Made by a program: the position numbers and the translations under genes. From the IMG/VR virus record IMGVR_UViG_3300023257_000007, positions 248,001 through 312,000 of that record: a stretch of 64,000 bases of DNA. One strand, written 5' to 3'. Positions 9,521 through 18,382 of this stretch are shown here, piece by piece. The stretch's first letter is position 1. Each line of letters starts with the position of its first letter. Below the pieces are notes generated by a model. That model saw only the letters and a program-made list of their open reading frames with translations. It ran no database searches and was not told the origin of the DNA.

Positions 9521-10348
9521 ATGATAACACGAATTGCACCATCACCAACAGGATATTTTCATTTAGGAACTCTAAGAACTGCACTACTAAATTATTTAAT
9601 GGCAAGAGCAAACAATGGAACATTCATCCTTAGAATTGATGATACCGACCAAGAAAGAAATCAAAACACATTCACAAACTATATCTATAAACAAATGAAT
9701 AAATTTGGCCTTGATTATGATATAACTTTTAAACAATCAGAAAGATTAGACAGATATAAAGAAGTAGCATATAAAATAGGAACAAAAACTGAAAATGGTT
9801 ATGAATTAAATATGGGAGAATATTCAATGGTTATACTCAGAAATAACGGTTTTCCTACCTATAATTTCTGTTCAATTCTTGATGATTATGATTATGATGT
9901 TACAGATATAGTCAGAGGTGTTGACCATATCGCAAACGAATCTAAACAAAAAATTATATGGGATTTGATTTGTTATGTAGAAAGTGATAAACCTTTTCCT
10001 AATATAATTCATGCTGGTTTACTTTTTGAAGGAAATAAAAAGCTTTCTAAAAGAAGTGGTAATGGTCTAACAGAAGATTATTTAGATTTTAGTACTAATG
10101 CAATATTAAATTGGTTATTAAAATTTGGTTGGTCACATCCAGACCCAAACTTCGATAAGAAGTATCCTACATTAAATATGAATCAAATGATTAATTTATT
10201 CAATGATGGTAAAATCTCCGATAGAAATTGTAAAATAGATAAGGCTAAATTAAACTTTTTAAATAAAAAATGGAGATACTTAGAAAGAAAAGCTAATGAA
10301 AACTCTAAACTTTCTAAGTTTAATGAATTTAATAATGGTCTATTGTAA
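9521..10348 (+). CDS. Minimal glutamyl-tRNA synthetase-like (class I aaRS catalytic domain) protein
   Basis: RIAPSPTGYFHLG (HIGH), LRIDDTD, RGVDH, KLSKR (KMSKS); lacks most of the acceptor-binding insertion and the anticodon domain. Confidence 0.85.
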   Translation: MITRIAPSPTGYFHLGTLRTALLNYLMARANNGTFILRIDDTDQERNQNTFTNYIYKQMNKFGLDYDITFKQSERLDRYKEVAYKIGTKTENGYELNMGEYSMVILRNNGFPTYNFCSILDDYDYDVTDIVRGVDHIANESKQKIIWDLICYVESDKPFPNIIHAGLLFEGNKKLSKRSGNGLTEDYLDFSTNAILNWLLKFGWSHPDPNFDKKYPTLNMNQMINLFNDGKISDRNCKIDKAKLNFLNKKWRYLERKANENSKLSKFNEFNNGLL

Positions 10349-11020
10349 AGATTCACCAAGTTTTAAAGCAACTTCTACTGAAGCTCTTACATCATTTTCA
10401 CAATATTCAACAATGGTTTGAATATCATTCTTTTGATGAAAATATTCATAAACATCAGCACCACTTATCTTTTGCTTAGGTGATTCAACTCCTAAAACAT
10501 AACACACTTCTTCTAATGAAGAATATTCACGAGAACCTGCTTTCCAAATATCACTTAATTCAATTAAATTCATTTCCCAAGGTTTCTTACCTTCTACTCT
10601 TAATAAAAAAGGCAGTTTTATTCCATATTTAAAATATTTCTTATTTAATAAAGGTATGTCAAATCCTGTAATATTATAACCACCTAGACTAAAGTTGTTA
10701 TTATTAGCATTAATAATGACTTTATTGAATTTATTCAAAATGTCTGTTTCATCACCGTGAAATGATTTTATAATCCATTCATCATTAATAAAATGCGACA
10801 TAGATATACAAACAATTTTATTATATTCATGTAAAAGAGGACCCTTCATAGGATATAGTTCTTCTAGTGGTTTATCCCAACTTTTATCATATACTGATTT
10901 CTTTTTTTGTTTATTATTGAAAACTTTAAAACCAATTGGATCTAAAGATTCAAATTCATGTATATCTTTGTATTCAGTACTCGTTTCAATATCAAAAAAT
11001 AAGCAAGTATAATTGTTCAT
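10340..11020 (-). CDS. DnaQ-like 3'-5' exonuclease (PolB-exo-related family)
   Basis: ExoI FFDIET, ExoII GYNITGFDIP, ExoIII YCENDV. Confidence 0.85.
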   Translation of the reverse strand: MNNYTCLFFDIETSTEYKDIHEFESLDPIGFKVFNNKQKKKSVYDKSWDKPLEELYPMKGPLLHEYNKIVCISMSHFINDEWIIKSFHGDETDILNKFNKVIINANNNNFSLGGYNITGFDIPLLNKKYFKYGIKLPFLLRVEGKKPWEMNLIELSDIWKAGSREYSSLEEVCYVLGVESPKQKISGADVYEYFHQKNDIQTIVEYCENDVRASVEVALKLGESLQ

Positions 11021-11057
11021 ATAATTTTTTTCTTTTTATATATTTGTTAGTGTAAAA

Positions 11058-11080
11058 CACACAAGTCTTTAGCTTGTGTG
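11058..11080 (+). other. IS left-end hairpin
   Basis: cacacaag-tctttag-cttgtgtg, perfect 8-bp stem. Confidence 0.8.
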
Positions 11081-11160
11081 ATGTAAGCGATTAAAATGGT
11101 AAAAAAACCATTATATTTTAATTATATATACTTACAGAAGAAAAAAGTTTTTTGTAAAAA

Positions 11161-12327
11161 ATGTTAAAATCATATAAATATAGATTATATCCAAATCAAG
11201 ATCAAAAAGAATTAATGTCAAAAATTTTTGGTCAAGTAAGATTTGTATATAACCTTGGTTTAGAAACAAAAACATTAGCATATGTTGGAAATAAAACCAA
11301 TTATACTTGTTTTGATTTAAATAAACAAATAACTGAACTTAAAAAAACAGATGCCCCTTGGCTTAAAGAAAGTCCATCACAGGCATTACAAATGTCTATG
11401 AGAAACCTGGATAATGCTTATACAAATTTTTTTAAAGGTGCCGGGTTTCCTAAATTCAAGTCAAAATATACAAAACAATCATTCCAATTACCACAAGGTG
11501 TATTTTTAAGTGAAAATAATAAACAAATTTATATACCTAAACTAAAACTGGTTGATATTGATTTACACAGAGAATTTAAAGGTGACATAAAGACAATAAC
11601 AGTAAGCAAAACAACAACAAACAAATATTATATCAGCATTTTAGTTGATAATAAAAAAGAATTACCTGAAAAGAAACCAATTAAATTAGAAACAACAGTT
11701 GGAATTGATTTGGGTATTAAAGATTTTGCTATCACTTCAGATGGAAAGAAATTCAAGAACCACGATTTCTTTAAATCTTCAATGAAAAAGTTAAGGGTGG
11801 AACAGCGATCCCTTAGTAGAAAACAAAAAGGATCAAACCATTACAACAAACAAAAATTAAAGGTTGCCTTGTTACACGAACACACTAGAAACCAACGAAA
11901 AGATTATTTACATAAAATAAGTAAATATTTGGTAGATAATTATGACACAATTTGTATCGAAAATCTTGGTGTAAGTAATATGGTTAAAAACCATAACCTT
12001 GCTCGTGCTATAAGTGATATGGGTTGGGGTGAATTTAAATCAATGGTTGATTATAAATGTGAATGGTATGGTAAAAATTTAAGTATAATTGGTAGATTTG
12101 ATCCATCAAGCAAAACATGCTCTAATTGTGGTTCAATCAATAAAGAATTGACTTTGAAAGATAGGGAATGGATTTGCTCTAAATGTGGAATAGAACATGA
12201 CAGGGATATAAATGCTGCAATAAATATAAGAAATTTTGGGTTGAGGAACCAACCCAGCGTCACCCAAAGTGAATGGTTACATTGTGCTTGTGGCGTAGAA
12301 ACACATCAGTCTTTAGCTGATGTGTAG
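11161..12327 (+). CDS. tnpB: TnpB RNA-guided endonuclease (IS605 OrfB type)
   Basis: N-terminal YKYRLYP HTH; RuvC GIDLG / IENL / DRDINAA; CxxC...CxxC zinc ribbon. Confidence 0.95.
   Translation: MLKSYKYRLYPNQDQKELMSKIFGQVRFVYNLGLETKTLAYVGNKTNYTCFDLNKQITELKKTDAPWLKESPSQALQMSMRNLDNAYTNFFKGAGFPKFKSKYTKQSFQLPQGVFLSENNKQIYIPKLKLVDIDLHREFKGDIKTITVSKTTTNKYYISILVDNKKELPEKKPIKLETTVGIDLGIKDFAITSDGKKFKNHDFFKSSMKKLRVEQRSLSRKQKGSNHYNKQKLKVALLHEHTRNQRKDYLHKISKYLVDNYDTICIENLGVSNMVKNHNLARAISDMGWGEFKSMVDYKCEWYGKNLSIIGRFDPSSKTCSNCGSINKELTLKDREWICSKCGIEHDRDINAAINIRNFGLRNQPSVTQSEWLHCACGVETHQSLADV
12301..12325 (+). other. IS right-end hairpin (3' part of predicted omegaRNA, overlapping the tnpB 3' end)
   Basis: acacatcag-tctttag-ctgatgtgt, perfect 9-bp stem. 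Confidence 0.8.
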
Positions 12328-12408
12328 TTCATAGTCTAGAATGGTCAAAAATATTTTAATATTTTGAAAAATTTCCTTATATTAATATTAATTAACTTAA
12401 AACTAAAA

Positions 12409-12729
12409 ATGAAAAGTTTAGTAATAAATATAAAAAATGAAAAACATTGGATAAAAATCCAAAATGAATTAAAAAAACATTTTAAATGGGATGTATCATA
12501 CCGTATTATGATTAAAAAAGATAATTACGAATATTTAAATGAATATAATATTGGTATATCATTAACCACATTTAGTACAATAAAAGAAAAATATAAAATA
12601 CATCTTTGGATAAAAGATGAATATCTTCACACTATTGATGGTGATGATACTAATATTAATGAACACTATTGTAAAGATATAGATGAATTGTTAGAAATGT
12701 ACACCTCACATAAATTAGGATTAATATAA
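12409..12729 (+). CDS. Small hypothetical protein, C-tag A; paralog of 13070 and 13366
   Basis: MKSLVINIKNEKHW...YCKDIDELLEMYTSHKLGLI. Confidence 0.85.
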   Translation: MKSLVINIKNEKHWIKIQNELKKHFKWDVSYRIMIKKDNYEYLNEYNIGISLTTFSTIKEKYKIHLWIKDEYLHTIDGDDTNINEHYCKDIDELLEMYTSHKLGLI

Positions 12730-12730
12730 T

Positions 12731-13069
12731 ATGAATAAAAAAGCAATATTAGCAATAAAAGTCACAAATAAACAAGAATGGTCTGATGTTGAAGATTATT
12801 TCTTAAATAAAGGTATAACTTGGGCATGTCTATCAAATGATAATAAATATGATCCAGACAAAGATTATCTAGGACAATCTTTTCTAACATATATTTCATA
12901 TATAATTGATGATTTATCAGAATATATAATCAGTGCAGAAAAAGATCATTTATATACTATTGATGGAAAACTAATAGAAAGAGTTAAATCTTTTACTTTA
13001 TTTATTGATAAATGGGACAAACCAATATTTGATGAATATATAGAAGGAAATAAAATGGGACTATTATAA
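12731..13069 (+). CDS. Small hypothetical protein, C-tag A
   Basis: Ends EGNKMGLL. Confidence 0.85.
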   Translation: MNKKAILAIKVTNKQEWSDVEDYFLNKGITWACLSNDNKYDPDKDYLGQSFLTYISYIIDDLSEYIISAEKDHLYTIDGKLIERVKSFTLFIDKWDKPIFDEYIEGNKMGLL

Positions 13070-13369
13070 ATGGATAGTTTAGTAATAAATATAGATAATA
13101 AAAAACATTGGAAAGAAGTCCAATGTGAACTATTGGAATGTTTTGAATGGGATAGTTCATATGTTAATATTAAGTACATGTCTGATTATAATCTAGCTGT
13201 ATCATTAACTCAAAGTGATTCACTAAGCGAACAACACAAAATACACCTTTGGATAAAAGATGGTATTATTGATATGAAAGGAGGAAATTACGATAGAGAT
13301 ATATACTACTGCAAAGATGTAGACGAATTATTAGAAATGTACAATTGGCATAAATTAGGATTAATATGA
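13070..13369 (+). CDS. Small hypothetical protein, C-tag A
   Basis: MDSLVINIDNKKHW...NWHKLGLI. Confidence 0.85.
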   Translation: MDSLVINIDNKKHWKEVQCELLECFEWDSSYVNIKYMSDYNLAVSLTQSDSLSEQHKIHLWIKDGIIDMKGGNYDRDIYYCKDVDELLEMYNWHKLGLI

Positions 13370-13650
13370 TATGTTTAATAATAGAAATAGAAAATAAAAA
13401 ACACTGGGAAATTGTTAACAATGAACTAAAGGAACATTTTTCTTGGGCTAATTATTATTATCAAACACAGTATACAGTTGGTTTTAATCTTGTAGTTTCT
13501 TTACCTATAGTAGATACTACGTTCCGTGAAAAATATAAAATATATCATTATTCACATGAAGCATCAATGCATTTATTAGAAAATTGTTTTTGTAAAGATG
13601 TAAACGAACTATTAATAAAATTAACAGCAAACAAATTAGGATTAATATAA
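13366..13650 (+). CDS. Small hypothetical protein, C-tag A
   Basis: MICLIIEIENKKHW...TANKLGLI. Confidence 0.85.
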   Translation: MICLIIEIENKKHWEIVNNELKEHFSWANYYYQTQYTVGFNLVVSLPIVDTTFREKYKIYHYSHEASMHLLENCFCKDVNELLIKLTANKLGLI

Positions 13651-13656
13651 ATAACT

Positions 13657-14547
13657 ATGAACTTAGAAAAAGCATTAAAACTCTATGATAAACTGAAAAA
13701 AATTAGTGATAATTTTATCCTAGCCGGATCAGCTCGCAGAAAGAAACAAGGCGACCTTCATGATTTAGATATAATCTATCATGGAAAAAATATATCTATT
13801 ATAGAAGGAGAATCTATTATAGTCAATGGTGATGATATGAAAAGAATTAAGTTAGATGGTGAACAAATTGATATACATACATGTTCTACTGAAAAATTAG
13901 GTTCTATGTTACTTTATTTCACTGGTTCTAAAACTTATGGTATAAAACTCAGATATAAAGCTAAGAAAATGGGCTATAAACTTAATAGATGGGGTTTATT
14001 TGAAGGTGAAATTTGTTTAGCATCTAAAACAGAGAAAGATATTCTTGATATATTAGGTGAAGAATGGATTACACCAGAAGAAAGAAACTTAGGTGATAAC
14101 ATACTTCTAGACGAAAACAAAAGCGTTGTTAAAGCATTTAGATATTTAGCTCTTTACTGTACTATGAAAAATGATTATTTCAGATCAAGAGCATATAGTG
14201 CAGCGGCAGACATTTTGGGTGGTTTAGAAAATATTAGAGAATTAGTATCAACAGATGAATTAATGGAAATTGAAGGCATTGGTAAATCTATTAATAAAAA
14301 AGTAGAAGAATTCTTAGATACAGGTTCTATTGTGAAACTTAAAGAATATATGGAAGAAATACCAGAAGAGATTTTATCTTTGACTGAACTTGATGGTGTT
14401 GGTCCTAAAAAAGCATATACTATTTGGAAAGAATTAGGTATAATGTCAAGAGAAAAATTAAAAGAGGCTTGTGAAAAAAGAATGATTTCTCAAATCAAAG
14501 GTTTCGGAGTAAAAACAGAAGATAGTATATTAAATCAATTAAAATGA
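13657..14547 (+). CDS. polX: DNA polymerase X family protein with permuted domain order
   Basis: AGSARRK..GDLHDLD, QIDI, LLYFTGSK and ITPEER (palm/thumb) come before FRSRAYSAAA..EIEGIGK and DGVGPKKA..KGFGVKT (HhH/8-kDa and fingers). Confidence 0.85.
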   Translation: MNLEKALKLYDKLKKISDNFILAGSARRKKQGDLHDLDIIYHGKNISIIEGESIIVNGDDMKRIKLDGEQIDIHTCSTEKLGSMLLYFTGSKTYGIKLRYKAKKMGYKLNRWGLFEGEICLASKTEKDILDILGEEWITPEERNLGDNILLDENKSVVKAFRYLALYCTMKNDYFRSRAYSAAADILGGLENIRELVSTDELMEIEGIGKSINKKVEEFLDTGSIVKLKEYMEEIPEEILSLTELDGVGPKKAYTIWKELGIMSREKLKEACEKRMISQIKGFGVKTEDSILNQLK

Positions 14548-14732
14548 GAACAAATAGAATTAATAGAGAATTATTAAAAAAATTACGCAAATCTAAAAGA
14601 TCTGGTAAAGGTTATGATTTAAACGATATAGTAGAAGTTGAATTAAATGTTATTGAAAATTATTATAAAAAAATTGAAATACTGAAAGAATTGCAGGAAT
14701 TATATCCGAATTTAGAAAACGATGAAGAGTAA
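14544..14732 (+). CDS. Hypothetical protein
   Basis: ORF track; ATGA-coupled. Confidence 0.6.
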   Translation: MRTNRINRELLKKLRKSKRSGKGYDLNDIVEVELNVIENYYKKIEILKELQELYPNLENDEE

Positions 14733-15354
14733 AGAGTTTATATTAAATACAATTGAAGCTATTAAGTCTAATAACTATGATGATCTATCTTCTGATTTAG
14801 GATATCTTTGGTCTGTTGAAAAAAATCTATATCAAGAATATGAAGATTATGATAATGTATTTATTACAGATGGAATAATGGATGTTTGGTTAAGATTAAA
14901 TGATATTAAAACAGAAAATTATACATTTAATACATTAACTAAAAATAAACAAACCGCAAGTTTATTTGAAAAGATGAATTTAAGAAATAAACATAAAGTA
15001 TATTATTGGAAATATATGAATATGAATTCAGAAGATTGGAAATTTACTAATAAAGGAATTGAATTTAGAGGTTATACACGTGGTAGTAAACATGATTTTG
15101 AACAGGGAAAATCTATTGAAGCACATAGTAACATTGGTTTAAATTATTTTAAAAATGTCTATCCAAAGAAAATCTATTTAAAGAAGACAACAGGTAAATT
15201 TCTATGGAAGAAAACAACATTAGAACCAATAATGATTGTACAAAAAGTACTATTCGGTTATTTAGTCTTAGAAATAAACAAAACAAAAAGTTTCAAAAAG
15301 AAACTACAAGAATATAAAGAGTCTATTAAAGAATTAGACTTATCCACTCAATAA
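14722..15354 (+). CDS. Hypothetical protein
   Basis: ORF track, 210 aa. Confidence 0.75.
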   Translation: MKSKEFILNTIEAIKSNNYDDLSSDLGYLWSVEKNLYQEYEDYDNVFITDGIMDVWLRLNDIKTENYTFNTLTKNKQTASLFEKMNLRNKHKVYYWKYMNMNSEDWKFTNKGIEFRGYTRGSKHDFEQGKSIEAHSNIGLNYFKNVYPKKIYLKKTTGKFLWKKTTLEPIMIVQKVLFGYLVLEINKTKSFKKKLQEYKESIKELDLSTQ

Positions 15355-15376
15355 AGGCTTATTCAAGCCTTTTTTC
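15353..15376 (+). terminator. Intrinsic terminator
   Basis: aaaggctt-attc-aagccttt stem followed by a T run, directly after the stop of 14722-15354. Confidence 0.7.
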
Positions 15377-15393
15377 ATTTCAAATATTTTATT

Positions 15394-15403
15394 TTAATAT
15401 ATA
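15394..15403 (+). promoter_or_regulatory. TTAATATATA promoter-like motif
   Basis: Exact motif 5 nt upstream of the N-tagged operon starting at 15409. Confidence 0.55.
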
Positions 15404-15408
15404 GGTTC

Positions 15409-15783
15409 ATGAAATATCTAAATAGATATAATGAGTCTAAACCGAATGAAGAAAATCTTTTTAAGTATTTTAAAAATGTTTTGTCTAAATATGAGAATTT
15501 TAAAGAGATTGTGTTTGAAAAATTTCTTGTAACAAATATCAATAATAAATATGATTCTTTTCAATATGCTGCAGAATTTAACACTCTTTATAAACCTGGT
15601 TTAGAAATAGAAATTGAAGATTTATATAAAGTCTCAATATTAGGACTTGAAATTAAAAAAGAATTAAACTTAAAAGAAGTAAGGTTTGAACAACACACAC
15701 ACTCAAGTTATTTTATATTAATTACAAAAGATATATCAGAATATAAAGAAATGATTGAAGGAAATAAAATGGGTTTAATATAA
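15409..15783 (+). CDS. N-tagged, C-tag A hypothetical protein
   Basis: MKYLNRYNES...EGNKMGLI. Confidence 0.85.
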   Translation: MKYLNRYNESKPNEENLFKYFKNVLSKYENFKEIVFEKFLVTNINNKYDSFQYAAEFNTLYKPGLEIEIEDLYKVSILGLEIKKELNLKEVRFEQHTHSSYFILITKDISEYKEMIEGNKMGLI

Positions 15784-16230
15784 ATGAAATATTTAAAAAC
15801 ATATAATCGAATGATAAATGAGATTTCAGTTAACGAAAATCAATTAATTAAACAACATTTAAGTAGTGATGGTAAATCATTAAATATAGGTAATTTAAAT
15901 TTAACTGAATTACCTGAATTACCTGAAGGTTTAGAAAGATTATATTGTACTAATAACCAATTAACTAAATTACCTAAATTACCAAAAGGATTAGAAAGAT
16001 TATATTGTGATAATAACCAATTAACTGAATTACCTGAATTACCTAAAGGATTAAAATATTTATATTGTGGTAATAACAAATTAACTAAATTACCTGAAAT
16101 ACCTAAAGGATTAAGAGAATTATATTGTCATGATAACCAATTACCTTATGATAATTTAGAAAAATATTGGGAATGGTTTTGGAAAGAAAATCCAGACCTT
16201 CACAATGCAAAAAAAATGGGATTATATTAA
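15784..16230 (+). CDS. Short-LRR protein (4 repeats), N-tag and C-tag A
   Basis: MKYLKTYNRMINEISVN...LRRs...NAKKMGLY. Confidence 0.95.
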   Translation: MKYLKTYNRMINEISVNENQLIKQHLSSDGKSLNIGNLNLTELPELPEGLERLYCTNNQLTKLPKLPKGLERLYCDNNQLTELPELPKGLKYLYCGNNKLTKLPEIPKGLRELYCHDNQLPYDNLEKYWEWFWKENPDLHNAKKMGLY

Positions 16231-16835
16231 TGAAGTATTTAAAGACATATGAATCTAAATTATGGGATAAAATTAGTAAAATGAAAAATAAAATCATAAG
16301 AAAGATAATTACTAAGATGAAAAACCTTAGGATAGATACGTATGTTCCTGAAAATATAAAAATTAATGGTAATTATATTTATTATATATATCAACATAAT
16401 TACAATATTGAAATAATGTCATATGATAAAAATGGTAATGAAATATATCTATCATCAAATAGTGATGATATTGGTATAGAAAGTTTATATGAAATATGGC
16501 AAGAAATGAAATATATAACATTAAAAAGTATTATTGAATATTCAATTGAAAGGGATGAATCTTGGATTAATGAAATAGTTGATAAAAATAAAGATAGAAT
16601 AAATTTTGGTAATTTTTATGATGGTGATGATATTATAGACACACATTTAAATCATAAGTATGTCTTAGATGATATATTAAACACATATGAATCTCAAAAA
16701 TATTTATTTACTGAAAGAGAAGATATGATTGTTTGGTTTTTAGATGAATGTGAATCAAATCACATAAAAATGCACGTTGATATAAAAGAAGAATTTAAAA
16801 ATATAATAGAAGCAAGAAAAATGGGATTAGTATAA
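16230..16835 (+). CDS. N-tagged, C-tag A hypothetical protein
   Basis: True start at the TAATG overlap: MKYLKTYES...EARKMGLV. Confidence 0.85.
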   Translation: MKYLKTYESKLWDKISKMKNKIIRKIITKMKNLRIDTYVPENIKINGNYIYYIYQHNYNIEIMSYDKNGNEIYLSSNSDDIGIESLYEIWQEMKYITLKSIIEYSIERDESWINEIVDKNKDRINFGNFYDGDDIIDTHLNHKYVLDDILNTYESQKYLFTEREDMIVWFLDECESNHIKMHVDIKEEFKNIIEARKMGLV

Positions 16836-16836
16836 A

Positions 16837-17680
16837 ATGAAATATTTAAAAACATATTCAGAAAATAAATTAATTAAAGACCATTTAAGTGATGACGGTA
16901 AAAAATTAAATTTTGATTATTTAGATTTAACTGAAATATGCTGATATTTCTGATTACTACGACAATATAATTCTTCTAAATCTTTAGGCAATTCAGGTAA
17001 TTCAGTTAATTGGTTATCATAACAATACAACGTTTCTAACCCTTTAGGTAATTTAGGTAATTCGGTTAATTTGTTATTATCACATTTTAATGTTTTTAAT
17101 CCTTCAGGTAATTCAGGTAATTCGGTTAATTTGTTATTATCACATTTTAATGTTTTTAATCCTTCAGGTAATTCAGGTAATTCGGTTAATTTGTTATCAT
17201 AAACAAATTAACTAAATTACCCGAAATACCTAAAGGGTTAGAATATTTATATTGTCGTGGCAACGGTAAATCATTAAGTTTAGGCCAGTTAAATCTAACT
17301 AAATTACCTGAATTACCTGAAGGATTAGAAAGATTATATTGTTAATGAAAACCAATTAATTAAAGACCATTTAAGTGACAGTATTTTAAAAAAATGTTTA
17401 ACCCAACAAATATAGAAAATGAACTTAAATAACAACGAAGATTTTATCTTATTATGGCATAATAATGGAACTGAAATCTCATTTATCATTCGATTATATG
17501 TCTTTAAATATTTCATTAATATAGTCCCATTTTATTTGCATTATGAAGGTCTGGGTTTTCTTTCCAAAACCATTTCCAATAACCTTCTAAATTATTATAA
17601 GGTAATTGGTTACCACCAACTGCCTGAATTACCTGAAGGATTAGAAAGATTATATTGTAATAATTACTATTATAATGATA
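16837..17680. pseudogene. Scrambled LRR locus: fragments in both orientations
   Basis: + N-tag/N-cap 16837-~16937; inverted LRR modules ~16938-17201; + modules and N-cap pieces ~17202-17380; inverted C-cap/tag/N-tag junction ~17466-17612; + module ~17616-17665. Confidence 0.8.
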
Positions 17681-17681
17681 T

Positions 17682-18161
17682 ATGAGTCTTAATAGTAAAT
17701 ATCCTGAACAATTTAGATATTTTGAAAAAATGATTAATGAAAGCAAACAAATACTCGAATTAATAAAGAAAAGATTATATGAATTAGATCCTGATATGGT
17801 ATTGGCAAATCAACTAGGATTATTTGAAGGGTTAATTACAACATTTTCTAAAGATGATAGAATAGTTTTTGAAGATATTAAAAGAAAAGATGTTATAAGA
17901 GCTGGTGAATTACTACTTAAAGAACTAAATATACAAACAAGGTGGGATGACGGATTTTTAGGGTTCTGTCACAATATTGTAGAATGTGGACCAGATGAAT
18001 TCTATTATATAATGAAAAGTGAATGGGATTCAGCTAGTCTTTATGTTAAAGAAATGCCTTACAAATCACAAGTAAAAGCAACACATTATAACTTCTATGA
18101 CTGGCTTAAAGAAAATGATTTAGAATACTATTTCGACGCAGATCAAATGGGTTTAATTTAA
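17682..18161 (+). CDS. Hypothetical protein with an internal and a terminal C-tag A
   Basis: Internal LANQLGLF; ends DADQMGLI. Confidence 0.75.
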   Translation: MSLNSKYPEQFRYFEKMINESKQILELIKKRLYELDPDMVLANQLGLFEGLITTFSKDDRIVFEDIKRKDVIRAGELLLKELNIQTRWDDGFLGFCHNIVECGPDEFYYIMKSEWDSASLYVKEMPYKSQVKATHYNFYDWLKENDLEYYFDADQMGLI

Positions 18162-18349
18162 GGAAGTTTAATCGAATCAAAATCTATAATTTTCCAAGAA
18201 TAAGGATTTTCACCAATTTTATGATGTTCTTTATACATTATAGTCCTATAAACAACACAACCCTTTCTTGTACATTGTTGTTTATAATTACCATTGTCCC
18301 ATATATGTCCAAACCACTTACACTTTTTTCTTATAAACCATTTCTTCAT
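18158..18349 (-). CDS. Small Cys/His-containing hypothetical protein
   Basis: KCKWFGHIW...QCTRKGC. Confidence 0.6.
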   Translation of the reverse strand: MKKWFIRKKCKWFGHIWDNGNYKQQCTRKGCVVYRTIMYKEHHKIGENPYSWKIIDFDSIKLP

Positions 18350-18382
18350 TAAATTTATATTTATTTTTTGATAAATAGTTTA

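Larger units (their letters stand above)
11051..12332 (+). mobile_element. IS200/IS605-family element carrying tnpB only (no tnpA); left boundary approximate
   Basis: Paired subterminal hairpins with the same TCTTTAG loop, a tnpB ORF, and a right end finishing TAGTTCAT. Confidence 0.8.
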
